64,000 nt of DNA from Trichoplax adhaerens (Eukaryota > Animalia > Placozoa), in assembly GCF_000150275.1 (NCBI RefSeq), contig NW_002060944.1, positions 5,741,102-5,805,101 on the forward strand, in the 5' to 3' direction. Below, piece by piece: positions 13,322 through 26,969 of this stretch (position 1 is its first letter; each line of letters begins with the position of its first letter). The notes beneath the pieces are model-generated. The model worked only from the letters and a program-made list of their open reading frames with translations, had not been told where the DNA came from and made no database searches. The translations under genes and the position numbers were made by a program.

Positions 13322-15037
13322 CTATTATTACCAATACGTAGATCACTCCGATAAAATGAAATACCGTACAAAAATGTAATTTTAATTACTTCAATAGCGT
13401 ACTCGTATACTGTATATTCTTATACAACTGTAATGTAAGTGTTGCTGCGAGTATGATACACAGCTCATCTATAATTCATCGTCAATTTGCTTCTTACGCT
13501 TAGCTTTTACTGTAAGCGCACTGATGGCAGCGCGAATTTTCGATAAACCATTCCATGCATTAACTTATTGTAAACCTTCGGTCGAACAATATTTATTACA
13601 TACTCTACCTATACTGTACAACGAGTTCGATGCATTCCGTATATTGTCAATGGGCTCCCTCGGGCTCTCCTGTGGTATAATTCCAATGAATAACCAATAA
13701 CATTTGCTATTACACAATTTGTCCTTACACAATTTTTTTAATAAACTATTGTGTCTTCCTTTCTAAGATGATGCGATTTATATGAATATGTAGTACTCAG
13801 TATAAAGGGATTATCATACTTACTCGCGCATATCTGAGCAACATGAGTTAAACGAAGATAATTCTCTTTCCTCAGATTTTCATTCCAATTTATGGAAGAA
13901 GCTATATACTAAACAGCCTTGCTGGTAGTGAATAAAATTCATACTAGCTAATGTAACCATAACCACCATCTAATCACTGATTCTATAAAATCTTAATCAT
14001 AATATAATTAGACAATATAACTATAGGATTGCGATATTATTGTTATACCATAGCAATATAATAATACAAAAATTCTGAAATATTATCTTTAAGTCAACCA
14101 ATCACGTAATAACTCATATGCATTGTCGATACTACAGTAAGCGCAATACAAGCAGACAGTGCCTTGTAATAGCGATATAGCGTACGAGTGTAAATGCTAC
14201 ATATATAGTAATACGTATGTGATAGTTTTGTAAAACTCTCTTCAAACATCTAGCATTCTCTATGTGTAATAAGACTTCTATTGTACTATGTAGTATAATC
14301 GAATCATGCCTTTTCTATAGTTCAAACCTAAAACGACAATATTCCACCATGATTACTGTCACTGGTCAGCACAGTATGCCTAACTCGTACGTAAACTACT
14401 AAAATGACTAGATAATACTACACTGTAGGTCATATAGCTCCGAATCATCTAACAAATACACATACTACTGAGACTCAACAATGATCCTGATCCACATTTA
14501 TTCATAAGAAGCAGTCACAGTGCTATATTTGCGGAGAAGTTGGATCAGGTAATTTCGATCATTACCTCACCTGGATCCATAAAATGGGATACCTATATTA
14601 CTCATTTTATGAGCTCTTTATAATAATTAAAGTGCAATGCCACGAAGGTAAATGTCCTATCTGACGTAAGTAATTCCAGATCAGACAACAGTGAGAACGT
14701 GAGAAGACGGCTATACAGTAGAATCGTATGGGCGTGCAAATTTAAAATATAGCCTTCAGTCATCCTTTTCAATACGGCTTACAATGATATATTATGTTTA
14801 CTTGAAGCTATTGTTTCAATTCCTACGTAAATCATAGGACTATGGTTTTATGTTCACAAATTACACTGTTGTTTACGCTACCTTCATCCTAAATTATTGA
14901 GCATAATAAATAATCTAACAAGTAGTTAATTACTACAGTAATTATCGACTATATAAGTCATAGACGTAATTCAGTCATACTGGATGCATTATCATAAATT
15001 TATCAATCTCCAGGTAGAGTAATAAACGATCTTCATA

Positions 15038-15998
15038 ATGCCGAGAAAACCTTGTTATCCATATTGGCTTGAAGAAAAGCCGCAAAATGAATTGGAAAGT
15101 CTAGAAAAAAGATTTACTTTAGATTGTGTTTCTGTCAGCTCTTTATCAAGTGGGACAAGTAAAATCTATCCCAAACCATTCTCTGTAATACCACCATATA
15201 ACGCACAAAAGGACAAACATGCCAAAACCTACTTCCGATCCAAAGGGACTCAAAAGATTATTAGAAATAGCGATCAAGTAAGGCTCATGTATATGATACA
15301 ATAATACACATCAATAACGGTTGAAAATAGTTGATCTAATACAACAAATTTCTAAGAAAACCTCGTAATCACGAATATCACTTTCTGCTAACATTTACGG
15401 TATAACCACTTTGCATTATTTCGTCTCAATACGGCATAGGACTTCATTCACGATATTACTTGTCAGTCTACGGTATGCTTTTTAATCAATCCTATCCTAT
15501 AATGTGTATTATAGATAAATGGTGGCTGTTCAATCAACGGCAAAATTGCAGATCGGTTGAACGAAACAAGCTTACCAGCTATATATATCAAAACTCGTAA
15601 CAAAGCTGGATGCGGTAAGAAATAACAATTACAGAAGTATGTATTTATAATTCTTGGCATAATTAAACTTATATTATTAACACAGGTTATTCAAGAGAAA
15701 CAGTAAGTGGTCATGCAAGATTCATGAGTAATGTCCCTCCAATTGTTGGTTGGAACGGCGAATTCGGATTTCGTAGAAATACTCCAGATCTCCTGAAGCA
15801 TCCATCAGTTTTTGGTAAGTAGCCGCAAATCTAGTTCGACAATTTAAAGCTAGTAAAGTTTAGATTCAAGGCAAATTTTATTTTATTTCATGCCAAATAA
15901 AATTTACACTAGATACAGTATATGCCAAATTAATGCCTGTTTTCTTAAATACCCTAATTACAGATCACGTAACTCGCCCCGGCACAACACCATTCTAA
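15038..15998 (+). CDS. SPMAP1: Sperm microtubule-associated protein 1 (C17orf98) homolog, 4 exons
   Basis: LEKRFTLDCVSVS...PKPFSVIPPYNAQKDKHAKTYF...RNKAGCG|YSRETVSGH...GWNGEFGFRRNTPDLLKHPSVF matches recalled C17orf98 motifs (LEKGFILDGVAV, IPPYNAQQDYHA, GFNGRFGYRRNTP). Confidence 0.85.
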
Positions 15999-16711
15999 AA
16001 TTATAAATCGAATTAAAAAGCAGCTGATTGATAACTATTTTATTCGCTGCACTGCACTGTTTATATGAATTGAATCTTTATAGCCATGTTCTAAAGCTTA
16101 TTGTGAGCCATATTTTTAGTACCTGTTGATACATCGTGGTAAAAATAGTTGACAAACATTTATCTCATCTTCTAGGTAACTCGTGAAACATTATTTTATA
16201 ATATTTACTACTGATAGAAGTGTCAGTATGCACCTGATCATTCTGATAGCTCTATAATTTTTAATTAGTTGTGCAGTATAGAAATTGAGAATTTCATTTG
16301 ATGCTATACCTAGGACAATGACTTCTCTAGAGTTTTTTCTCTTAGAAGCCCCTGCCTTGGACAGTAAAATATATCAATCATCTTCTACCAGTACAGTATG
16401 AATTAATCCTACGAATTTATTTTGTCATACTCTTTACTGAATATAAGATCATCTTTGATTTGAACCTTGCTTGACTACCGACTAATCAATTACAATTTCT
16501 TGTCCTTGTTATTGATAGTGATATATTCAAACAATAAACTAAGTTATTGCAATCAAGCCTTATAAAGGCAGGTATATTTAACTTTGCTATCTGTAGCATT
16601 GTAGCTTATAGATTTTCAGTTTTATTGCTCATTATCATCCAGAAACATCAAATATCATCAACATACTTTATAATTTACAAGTTATTCTTTAATTAATGGA
16701 CCGTGCAGAGA

Positions 16712-16965
16712 TGAGTCACAAGCTGGCTGCTTGTCAACTATGAAGCGTGGTGCCCTTGGCAACGCGATGAACGCTCATACTAATGTACTGGAATAAGTTG
16801 ACATTGGACTTGTGTAGTGTTACTTATAATACTGTACAGTACTATATAATACTGTACTGTATAGTATAATTATATTATTGTACGGTACTGTACCCGAAAG
16901 CTAACGAACTTATCGTACCATATACTGTAGAGCAGTGTACCCACCACAGTACAGTACAGTACGGT
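16712..16965. promoter_or_regulatory. Candidate cis-regulatory module: AP-1 site, X-box-like site and TACWGTA cluster
   Basis: TGAGTCA at 16712-16718, GTGCCCTTGGCAAC at 16750-16763 (one perfect RFX half-site), then a tactgtacagtact cluster at ~16828-16965. Confidence 0.35.
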
Positions 16966-18339
16966 ATATTGTATGAACCAGGGATTATCCTGAAAGCCAT
17001 AGAGGCAAACAGTCCGTTTGTGATTTTTGACATAATATTTAAATAAAGTAAATACGATAGTATGAAGAGCTAATTCTTTTACTTAGCTGTAAATTTGAGG
17101 GAAAAGACGACTATTACTGAATAGAAGGGCTTGATTCTTAACATAATATTTTCCCCCTCCGCGTCCTCGTAATAAACGAGGTATAAAATCTTTGCAGTTT
17201 TTCATGGAATCATGTTTAAAACTTGCGTCGACAGCCGCCGGTTTACATATAGTAATAATATACTATCACGCATCGATCTTATAGTAAAGATATTGTGTAT
17301 ACCTATGAAAGAACCATAATTATTTAGGGTTACGGGCATTTATAAGCTTGCTCCAATAAAATAATATATAATTAATTGATTACTCACAGTAGGTAGGTTT
17401 CAGTAAAAGTGTGGGATCATGCAGTTTTTATTACTATATTCTTATAAAGACATACAGTGCATACTTATTAAATATAATTATCTAAACAGAAACTGAGTAC
17501 TGTACTAACTAGTACTAACTGTACAATCTACGCTTACAGTACTATACCTACCATGGACACTACACTAAAATTCGTAATCTAGGCGATGATAATTATAATA
17601 ATTATGAAAGGTACAGAGTACTGTAGATAATTTGTATTACTGTAATATTATACAGTAATTATTAGTAAAATACGAAAGTTTAACTCAAGACTACGATAAA
17701 AAAACGACTTCCATACTTTTAATCGTTTCCATTTATCTATGTATCGTTATGTCATGGACCACTAAACTCACCTGTGAATTTAGTAGTCCATAGTTACGTA
17801 CATTGATTTATGTACGATTATTATGCATGCACCATCACACAATCAAATATATCTCCCTTAGGCTTGAGTATAACGTGCTCTTTATTTCATGCATATTATT
17901 CTTCTCGCCCAGCTAATGATAGAATCGTATTTTAAAGCAGCCAATTAGATAGATATAGATAGATTTAATTATCTAAATAAAAACAGGCTACAATACTGTA
18001 CAGTACTGAACAATGTAATGGAGCATGACTGCAGATATTATATACTGCACTACGTTATATTTGTTAGATTGTACGATGTAATACTATATATAAATTCACT
18101 GTTATACAAACTTGTAATTATAACGCGTTGTAAGTGTGAACGGCGTACGTATATAAGCCGCCGCTTTTCAATACAATAAAGAGAGAATAGGAGTTAGTAG
18201 TTAGCAGTTAGTTTTGCAATAACTTCAACTACTCGTACAATCTCTTGTCTCCCATGCTAATCGAGAGTAGTACGAAGAGCTTCAATACGGTTGACAACTA
18301 GTATTAACTGTAGATAGTCTCACCGTCTCTAAGGTCTTT

Positions 18340-18535
18340 ACTGTACAGTACAGGGTGTGTGGAAAGTCATTTGAGATTTCTAAGTGTAATATCAGGATAT
18401 TTTCCAATGATTTTCCACACATTTTTGTTGTAATCGCAAAGAGTAAAGCTTATCATTTTTCATAGTAATAGCTGTGTACAGTACGTAGAGCATACTGTGC
18501 ACTGCGTACTGTACACTGTACACTGTACAGTAGAC
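18340..18535. promoter_or_regulatory. TACWGTA cluster upstream of ATPSCKMT
   Basis: tactgtacagtacag at ~18340 and gtacagtac...gtactgtacactgtacactgtacagtag at ~18476-18532, ending ~130 bp before the ATG. Confidence 0.5.
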
Positions 18536-18658
18536 CATCAGGCCATACATGGATCCGACTACTGCTTAGTGGAGGCTACATCATTTACAGTAAGCTCGTG
18601 CAGTTATTATTTTCGGTCATTTCAGTCAGTTCTGTACCAGGAAATCCAGAATGTAGCG

Positions 18659-19738
18659 ATGGAAACTGATCGAAGAACACGCAATCGAAAAATTTTCGGT
18701 TATATAGCTGTAGGTACATGCGGCGCCATAGCTACAGCTGTCTGCATGATAAGCTGGCCTTTTATAACACCAGCTTTCCGCCGATACTGTTTGCCTTACG
18801 TTCCAGCAACAACTGAGCAGGTCTCTATCGTACTCAAGTTATGTCGTCCCGGTCGCCTAGTAGACCTTGGTAGTGGCGATGGCCGAATTGTAAGCTCTAA
18901 TGTTAATTGTTCAGTTTACAGTAGTTTACCAATTTTTAAGCGGCTTAAACTTCAGTGACCAATAAGCAATTAAGCATTTATCCTACATCTAAACGAGAAT
19001 CAAATCATATCGATAACGAACTAAATTGGCGTTGCAGGTTATAGCAGCAGCTCGCGAAGGACACCAAGCATTTGGATATGAGTTAAACCGGTGGCTAGTG
19101 TTATATTCTAAAATTAAAGCGAGAATGGAGGGTATGCACACTAAAACCTTATTTCGTACTGCAGATTTATGGAAGGTAAATGTTTATACTGCATTCTGCT
19201 CCGTTATCGTTTCGTTACCTACCTGGATTAAATTTTCATTGTTATGATTATGATCTGTAATGTTTGCAACTCTTTATTTTGAATTCAGATAGATTTATCG
19301 ACATACGACAACATTGTCATATTTGGCGTTCCCAGTATGGTAGGAATCACTACGAAAAATTCTAGTATCCATAAACTAATATATGTACCAAGTTGTGCAA
19401 TCATTTACTTGCTTATCATTATAGATTTCCAACAATTTGCTTTTATACTTAATACAAGACAGCGAAATCATCTTACTATATTATTAAATATTACATGTGA
19501 TATCACTACTCTATAATTTCTTATTTAATTTTGGTAGATGAAAGATTTAGAGAAAAAAATCAAGTCTGAGATGCACCCTAGAAGCCATGTAATAGCATGT
19601 AGATTCTGTTTTCCCTCGTGGGATCCGGTAGATATTATAGAAGGGGATAGCTGCACAGCTTGGTTATACAAAAGTAAAAGATGTAAAGATGATGTAAAAA
19701 GTAAAGTAAAAGATGATAGCAAAAAATTATGTGATTGA
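18659..19738 (+). CDS. ATPSCKMT: ATP synthase subunit c lysine N-methyltransferase (FAM173B-like), 4 exons
   Basis: N-terminal TM segment, then [34 protein letters not shown]|[22 protein letters not shown]|[17 protein letters not shown]|MKDLEKK and [11 protein letters not shown]. Confidence 0.88.
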
Positions 19739-21792
19739 GAATATTTTTGCCGTTTGGTATAGTGCAGTACTAAGATTATTGCAACTCACTCTAACAAAAT
19801 TGTCTGACTATACAAATCTGATATAAATAATGCATTTAGGTCGGTAGATATTATCCGAAGATCGAATTTATGAAATATGGTCAGAACTAAATGTGATTCG
19901 CCTTAATAATATCTATATAATTATCTTACTCCTATAATAGTCGGCTATCAGAACTGAAGTATGTGGTAGTTCTGGCTGCTACGTATTTTGGTAAAAGTGT
20001 CAGCAAACATTGCTACAACTAAATATTTCATGCTGTAGATAACTTTTTCGTATACAGTATTGCCGTACTCGAAATTATAACATACGCAAAAATTACGCAT
20101 CCATGTCAATTGCATCACTAAAATTAGAGATTCTTGCCATATCTTAATAATTAACTGTACACTAAATTAATTAATATTTAAATTTTGAGTAAGTACAGGA
20201 CATCAATACGTATAATTGAAATAAAATTGATACGACCCTATTGATGTCTTAAATTTTACTATTGCCTCTAAAATATGATCGTAATTGTTATCAAAAATAC
20301 ATAATCCAGCATACTAATCTTATTTTACTATGTTGTACAATACGTATATGAATATCATATGATTGGTTAATCGCAAGATACAAATTACTTGTCGAAAGAA
20401 GTTACCTATTCTTTATTAACGTATCTACAGAATGAATCCTATGCGACTAGATTAAAATGTTGTATACCAAAAAATGTTTGATAATAATCTGGCAATGGCT
20501 GGCTACATATACTATTAATCAAGAACTGTCATCAGCGAATAAGAATAACGCATCCAGTGAAGCCAACTTAAATACAAAAATTGTGCATAAAAATATTACT
20601 TAAGACCTTTAAATTCAAGCTGTCTCAAATTATTCTTATTTAGTTGAAGCCTCATTCTTTCAGTTCTACCCTTTATAGTTAATAAAGCCTATTCATTGCT
20701 ACTCTTATCTTAGACTAACGTACTATTACCAGCCAATTAAATGTCAACAAATTTTCAGCTGGATCATTCGATGGCCATACATTATTCAGTATATAAAACA
20801 TATCATTCGTGCCTTAATACGTACATTACTTAGTAATTAAATTATACGCCTATGTGAAAATAGGACTTGGGTATCCAATTTTATATTTTTGTATACAGTA
20901 CTGCATTGATCGCGGTTGCTGTACCTATTAAAAATAGCTATATTCTTAACATCTCAAACGCTGCTAAGTCTAAATATGATCAATTAAACTCGTACGTTTT
21001 CACTACTATAGTGCGCTTCCATAGTATTCTCTCCCTGACGGCCATCAATTTTAAATGTCAGACATGCTCTATGTAAGCAAAATATATAATTTACAAGTAT
21101 ATTATATAATGCATAATGGACGCATATTTATGTGTATACTAGCTATTCTTTATTAATATCGCTTGGTACAGTAATTCCTTTGCCCACAAAGAGGAACCAC
21201 GCGTTCTAAATAAACCAATTAATCTTCAATAACTGACTTATTTAGCAGTATATGATTATATTGATCATTAACCGTTGTCAATATACTGCAACAAGTACTC
21301 TGTAATAAGTATTCCTGTGTCGATAAGAATACTTTCTGACCTCTATCAGTTTCAGCTTCGAAAGACTTTTAACAGCAGCATAATCGGTTCTAATTGCTGT
21401 ACCCGCCGCCGGCAATTGAATGTGGTGATTCCCGTCGTTCCATTCGGTCTTTAGTGTAAAAGCTATTCCGGGAGGACGCTTGCGCAATCATTGCTTTCAT
21501 AGGCATTTTTTAACCGTATCTTAGAGATAACTTACAGTTAGTAGCCATAATCGGTTGGTTATATGTTCATAGTTATATCATAATTCAGAGAAGATCATAG
21601 AGTAATTCTATATCATACTTTACACTATATCCCTTCGATAATAGAAAAAATTCATCAATTTTACTTTACTTAATTCTATCAATAAGGGATAAATTGGATA
21701 TTTTTCCTCCTTTCGTTAACGTTGTTTAACACAAACTACGGTATTCCATCATTATACGAGATACAAGCATTATTACTCGCAATTCAAAAAAT

Positions 21793-24700
21793 ATGGTAAG
21801 TTGAATCATTTTCTTTCCTTCTTTACGATTAACTATTGAAGTATTTCGATTGATTGGCTAGCTTACCGCAAATCTTATATCAATGTAGCTCAGTACAGTA
21901 TGATGTTAAAGCCAATACAAATATGTTGCGTTGTCGATGACACAATTATACCTACAATTTTGACGATTCTGGACGTTTATGCACTAGATGAATCCATTAG
22001 ATTATACTCTAAATTGTATTATTTTGACACGATTGTAAATCTAGTATGGCTAAAATGCCTTTATTTGCATCTAATGTATAAAATAGCGCTATAATTAATT
22101 TTTATACTAGCTATGAGAAGCATGAAATGTGAGTTTGCAGTCATGAAAAATTCAACTCGATTAGCATTATTCAATTAAAGCAACAGAAGCGGATTATTTT
22201 GACCGTTACAAAGTAAATATCTAGACGCATTGATATTATTTACTAGGTTTAAAGCATCGACGAATGCAGTATATCGGTTTCCTTACCTAAGATGAATATT
22301 TAACAATTACGTGTTATATTGATAGCCGCAAACAAGCCATTTTCTAAAAACTCATTTTTATGTCTATCTACAGTATCCATCGCACTCATCGCTGTCATCG
22401 ATCATTGTCATTTTAACTAGATATTTACAGTACTCACTTTTTTATCAAGAGTATAGTGGATACGGTGAAGAACAATATGTGGTATGCTGTATCGATACTC
22501 TAGATAAAAATTGTTTTATGAATCAGCTCTGAATAAAATATTACCGATCGACGAATGATTGCGTTAAGCGTGTTAAAATATTATCGCATGTTTTTATTAT
22601 CAACATTACTGATAAATATTAAGTTCAAGCAGTCTATTCCATCGCATCCATACAATCCCTATTTCATCGTACCTATACTATTTCTATTACAGCCTAATAC
22701 AAGTATCATTCAAAATCCTTTTTTTATTTGTAACTCAATTTAATACCATACGCCTGCATGAAATGAATGTTTCGCCACTTACATATTCTGGGAAGCTACG
22801 TAAATTTTACTTCTATTACAGTTTAACGTATCTATGGACTATAAATAAAAGTTAATTATGGCATACTTGAATGAATTGTTTCTTATAGGCTTCTGATACC
22901 GGCTTAAATGAAATTCATCAACAAACAATTGTTAATTACTTACGATTTGCAAAATTCAAGCGTTCTCAGCAGTTACGTGCAGTAGATGCTTGCGTAAACG
23001 ATTTAAAAGATAGCAGGTATGATCTAATGAATTGTAAGTACGAAAGAGTTCTACACCATTAACTATCCTGTAGGCCAAGATTAAAATATATTACAATAAA
23101 ATTTTTAACGATTGAAATACGATAGACTCAATGAAGATACCTATACCAACGATGAAGTCAGCGAAATTATGGATGAATTACGATCGGTTTTGAAAGGTGA
23201 TGTTGAAACCGAACTCCTCAATGTATCTCATACCAACGCTCTACTACTACAACAACTCTTTCATCAAGCGGAAAAGTGGCACTTGAAATTACAGGCTGAT
23301 ATATCACAATTAGAAAATAGGTGCAGATAATTAACACTAAGATATCTGTGCGATTAATGCATTGCATAAGCCGGTTTTTATAAATCTATTTTAATAACTA
23401 TGCTCATGACTAGAGAGCTTCTAGAAGAAATTGCTAGGTTTGAAGAGGAAGAAGCTGCTAGCAACATGTCCAAGCAGGTGATTAGGATAAATAAGACTTT
23501 AAAATAAAAATAGCTAGAAAATAAACATTTTTACTGTTATGATGGCGGTATACTCGAATATTATCGCCTGTCTAGGGTATGTCTGGATCATTATCAGGAA
23601 AGACCTCAAAGTTACAACCTTTAAATGAAGGTGGTGGAGCAGCTTTGCTGCATATGGTTAGATTTACGCATTTGTATAACTACTTATTCTCTTTTCTTCG
23701 GTAAATTTTTATTGGGACATTCAATTCTCATAAAATGTGACTAACCTTCCTTCTAAAGGAGATTAGTCGATTAAAAGAAGAAAATGAAACGTTGAGGGGC
23801 CGATTTAAGATGCTTGAAGCTAAGGTATAAGATTATATCAGTAGCTTAGCCTCAATACTGTATTAGTTCTTTTATCGCTAAATTAAACAAATTTTACTCA
23901 TGTCACAAGGCGACAGATGCCATACGAGAGAAAGAAATGTTAAAGAAAAGCTTAGCTGAAACACAAAAGCAATTGGAAGCAACAATAGATGACATTAAAG
24001 TTAGCAAACCTCAAAATTAATTTTGCACTATTGCCCGTTACAATTTTTTAACGAATATTTAATTATTCTGTCCTGGCCAGTCCGGTAAGGCTTCGGTGCA
24101 AATAATCAAAGATATGGAAAAGAAAATGGCTGAAATGAAAATTAACCTTGATGAGGTAGCTAAATGCTTTATTGTATTTCCTCGGCGTAAATAATTAGAC
24201 ACCAACATCTAGTATAACTAATTAACATTGGATAAGACTAGAAGGGTATAGCCTATTTCTGACATACAAAATTTCGTTATATTTTTATTAGAATTCAAGC
24301 CAACTTGAGAAAGATAATGCAGCAGTTATGGGCGATCTTACAGAATCTAAGGTTAGTTAAGTTAAAGGTATAACTTTCCTTGACTACTTTATTAACAAGG
24401 AGTACAGTAAGCTATCATACCATTTTTACCTCATACCAATACCTACTTACATGAATAAGTTAAGTTCATTCTAATCTGAATGGTACCTTATATTTTACCT
24501 TAGCATCAACTATTAGCTCTTCAAGCTGAGCTAGAACAAACGAAAAGTGTAAGTTAGCAAAGTAGTAAAATCTAAGATAAAATACCATTTTATGTGATCT
24601 TGTTGTATACCATTTCTTATTTACCAACATAGTATAAACAATCAATAACCATGCTATCTTAATGATCTCTTATAGGAATTAGAAAAGAAATTTGGCGAAA

Positions 24701-24927
24701 CATCGCAGTATAACAATATGAAAAAGATGCTTACAAATAAAAATAATCAGATAAAAGAGCTTAGAAGTCGTCTCCGCAAGTAAGTTTGTGTGATAACACA
24801 ACCATAATTGCAATATTCAAAGGCATAGTTCTGTTACATTGTTTTGGCTAATAATATTTCAATATTATTTGCTTTCTGTTTATAACAATGGGTTATGGTC
24901 AATAGCTACGAGCCGGATACTGATTAG
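21793..24927 (+). CDS. LZTFL1: Leucine zipper transcription factor-like 1 (BBS17), BBSome trafficking regulator; first coding exon is the ATG alone
   Basis: ATG|GTAAG at 21793, then ASDTGLNEIHQQTIVNYLRFAKFKRSQQLRAVDAC, LNEDTYTNDEV, VETELLNVSHTNALLLQQLFHQAEKWHLKLQADISQLENR, KLQPLNEGG and ELEKKFGETSQYNNMKKML...YEPDTD*. Confidence 0.93.
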
Positions 24928-26969
24928 AAGAAAATTTTTCTCGATATATTTTACGAATTGTTTTATGATTTACTCTTGAAATTGGAATTGCTTAGTACTG
25001 CCGTTTCAGGTTATTTTTTGTTACGAATAATATCATTCTATGCTTGCGCCTAGTTATAAAATTATAAATTTTTAATTAACTTAGTATATTTCCTTTAATC
25101 TTCCTAACATATATATATATATATACTATATCTCGTTCGCTATCGAATAATACAATTAAACAGGAGATTGTCTTTTAACAGATTGGTACAAATTACTATG
25201 TATAATCTTATTTGTGACTGATTCATCTTCAAGTCGACAATTAGAGTGATTACTTGACCTTTATTAATTCTAATTCTATAACTATACCTTGTTATTCCCG
25301 AAAGCTAATATGAGAAAGTTTACATGTGCTCTGCATCATTTATTGAAGTTGATTGATTATATAAATTAAAAATAAAGTCGTTAGGGCTACATATCAACTT
25401 TTTGTACATCTGTGGCTTCACTTTTCAGATGAACTTAATTGCAACTTATCAAAGCTTATCACCTAACCTAAAAGAGTAAAATTAAGGGTCTTGCTAATTG
25501 GTGATACTTATTAAATTATATTTATATCCAGTATTATCTTTATGGGAAGTAACAAAGTGCCAAGTTGCTATCTCAGATATAGAATTGCAATTTGTCTTTT
25601 GATTACAACTGATTCAGTGTATTGAATTCCACCTCTCATCTCAGTTATCATGATTTGCGGAACTTTACGCATATTTGAACAATTTCTTATATATAAATAC
25701 ACATATAGGCCTCTATTTGCAGTTTGACAAACACTTTCTTATCGTAAAAAAGATTTAGAAATTGGGTATTACTTTAGTTTTGATAATAAAGTAAAATTGA
25801 TATCAGTAGCATTAATTATTAGCCAGGATCGCTAATTGTTTACGCAATCTAAACGTTGTAATGTGTTCTTGTAGTAGCTCAGATAGGAATCTTAAAAAAT
25901 TATGGAGACCGTCTTTATGATTTCTAAAGTAAAAGATGTTAGTAGACATAATACATGGTATTGGGTTAATGATATCCATGAGGGCTTACTTCGTTCTGCT
26001 GAATACACAGCAACAATTTTTTGATCCATTAAACGTTTCATAGATAAAATAAATTTAAAAAATAATCTTGGGAGATAAAACTTGTAAAACAGGGCTCCAA
26101 GCAAACGATAGATATTGTAATATCAAAGTTTATTAGTATGGTAGCAAAAGGAATCATCAAGTATTATAATCGATAAACAGTAGGACTACTATTGAATGTG
26201 CATCTGTCTTAAATATGATAAACATCACCTGGTATACTAATCATATAGCATACTTTTAACATTCCTTATATATTAATATATGAGCAATAATGGCTTTGTA
26301 CAGTATATGATATCGTATTACTATATTATGAAATTTGTGTGGTTAAATATAATCGTAAACACGATCGTAAATACGTTTTAATACGATACTCAGTCGATAA
26401 ATATGGATATGCCATACGAGTAAACGTCTATTTAATTATACTCAATAAATTTGGAATAAACATAATATACAATTTATAATTAGCCGTAATTGCGGATAAC
26501 GAATAAGTAAAATTTATAGCTGATATTATAGCATAGACTATAGCGATATATTACCAATTCAATACCATTATAATCATTTAAATACAAAAAGGTTAATTGT
26601 TATCTCTATCGTAACCCTATTTTCCGTCGCTAGGGTATGAAATAAAATACATAAGGTTTGTTGTCAAATATGATCTAAATAATTCTATAATCAAACTTGC
26701 AATATAATTATAATGGTACGCTATGCCGCTGTATAGTCTATGACGGCATACAATAATAGAATCCTTGTATAGTGTATACGACTATATAGCAATATTCTTT
26801 GGTCCATAGGTAAAAGATACGTCAAAAGAAAAAGTAATTTATAGTAGTATATTCATCCAACTAGTATATAAAGCGAATAAAATTATCCAACAGTTATAAA
26901 GAATATATTAATTGGCTACACTAATTATTATCATAGCAAGATAGATATTACTGTATACTTTTATGCTAA

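Noticed and set aside
21516-21531. X-box-like GTATCTTAGAGATAAC upstream of LZTFL1
   Set aside because: It deviates from the RFX consensus in both half-sites and spacing, so it is too weak to call without a PWM scan.
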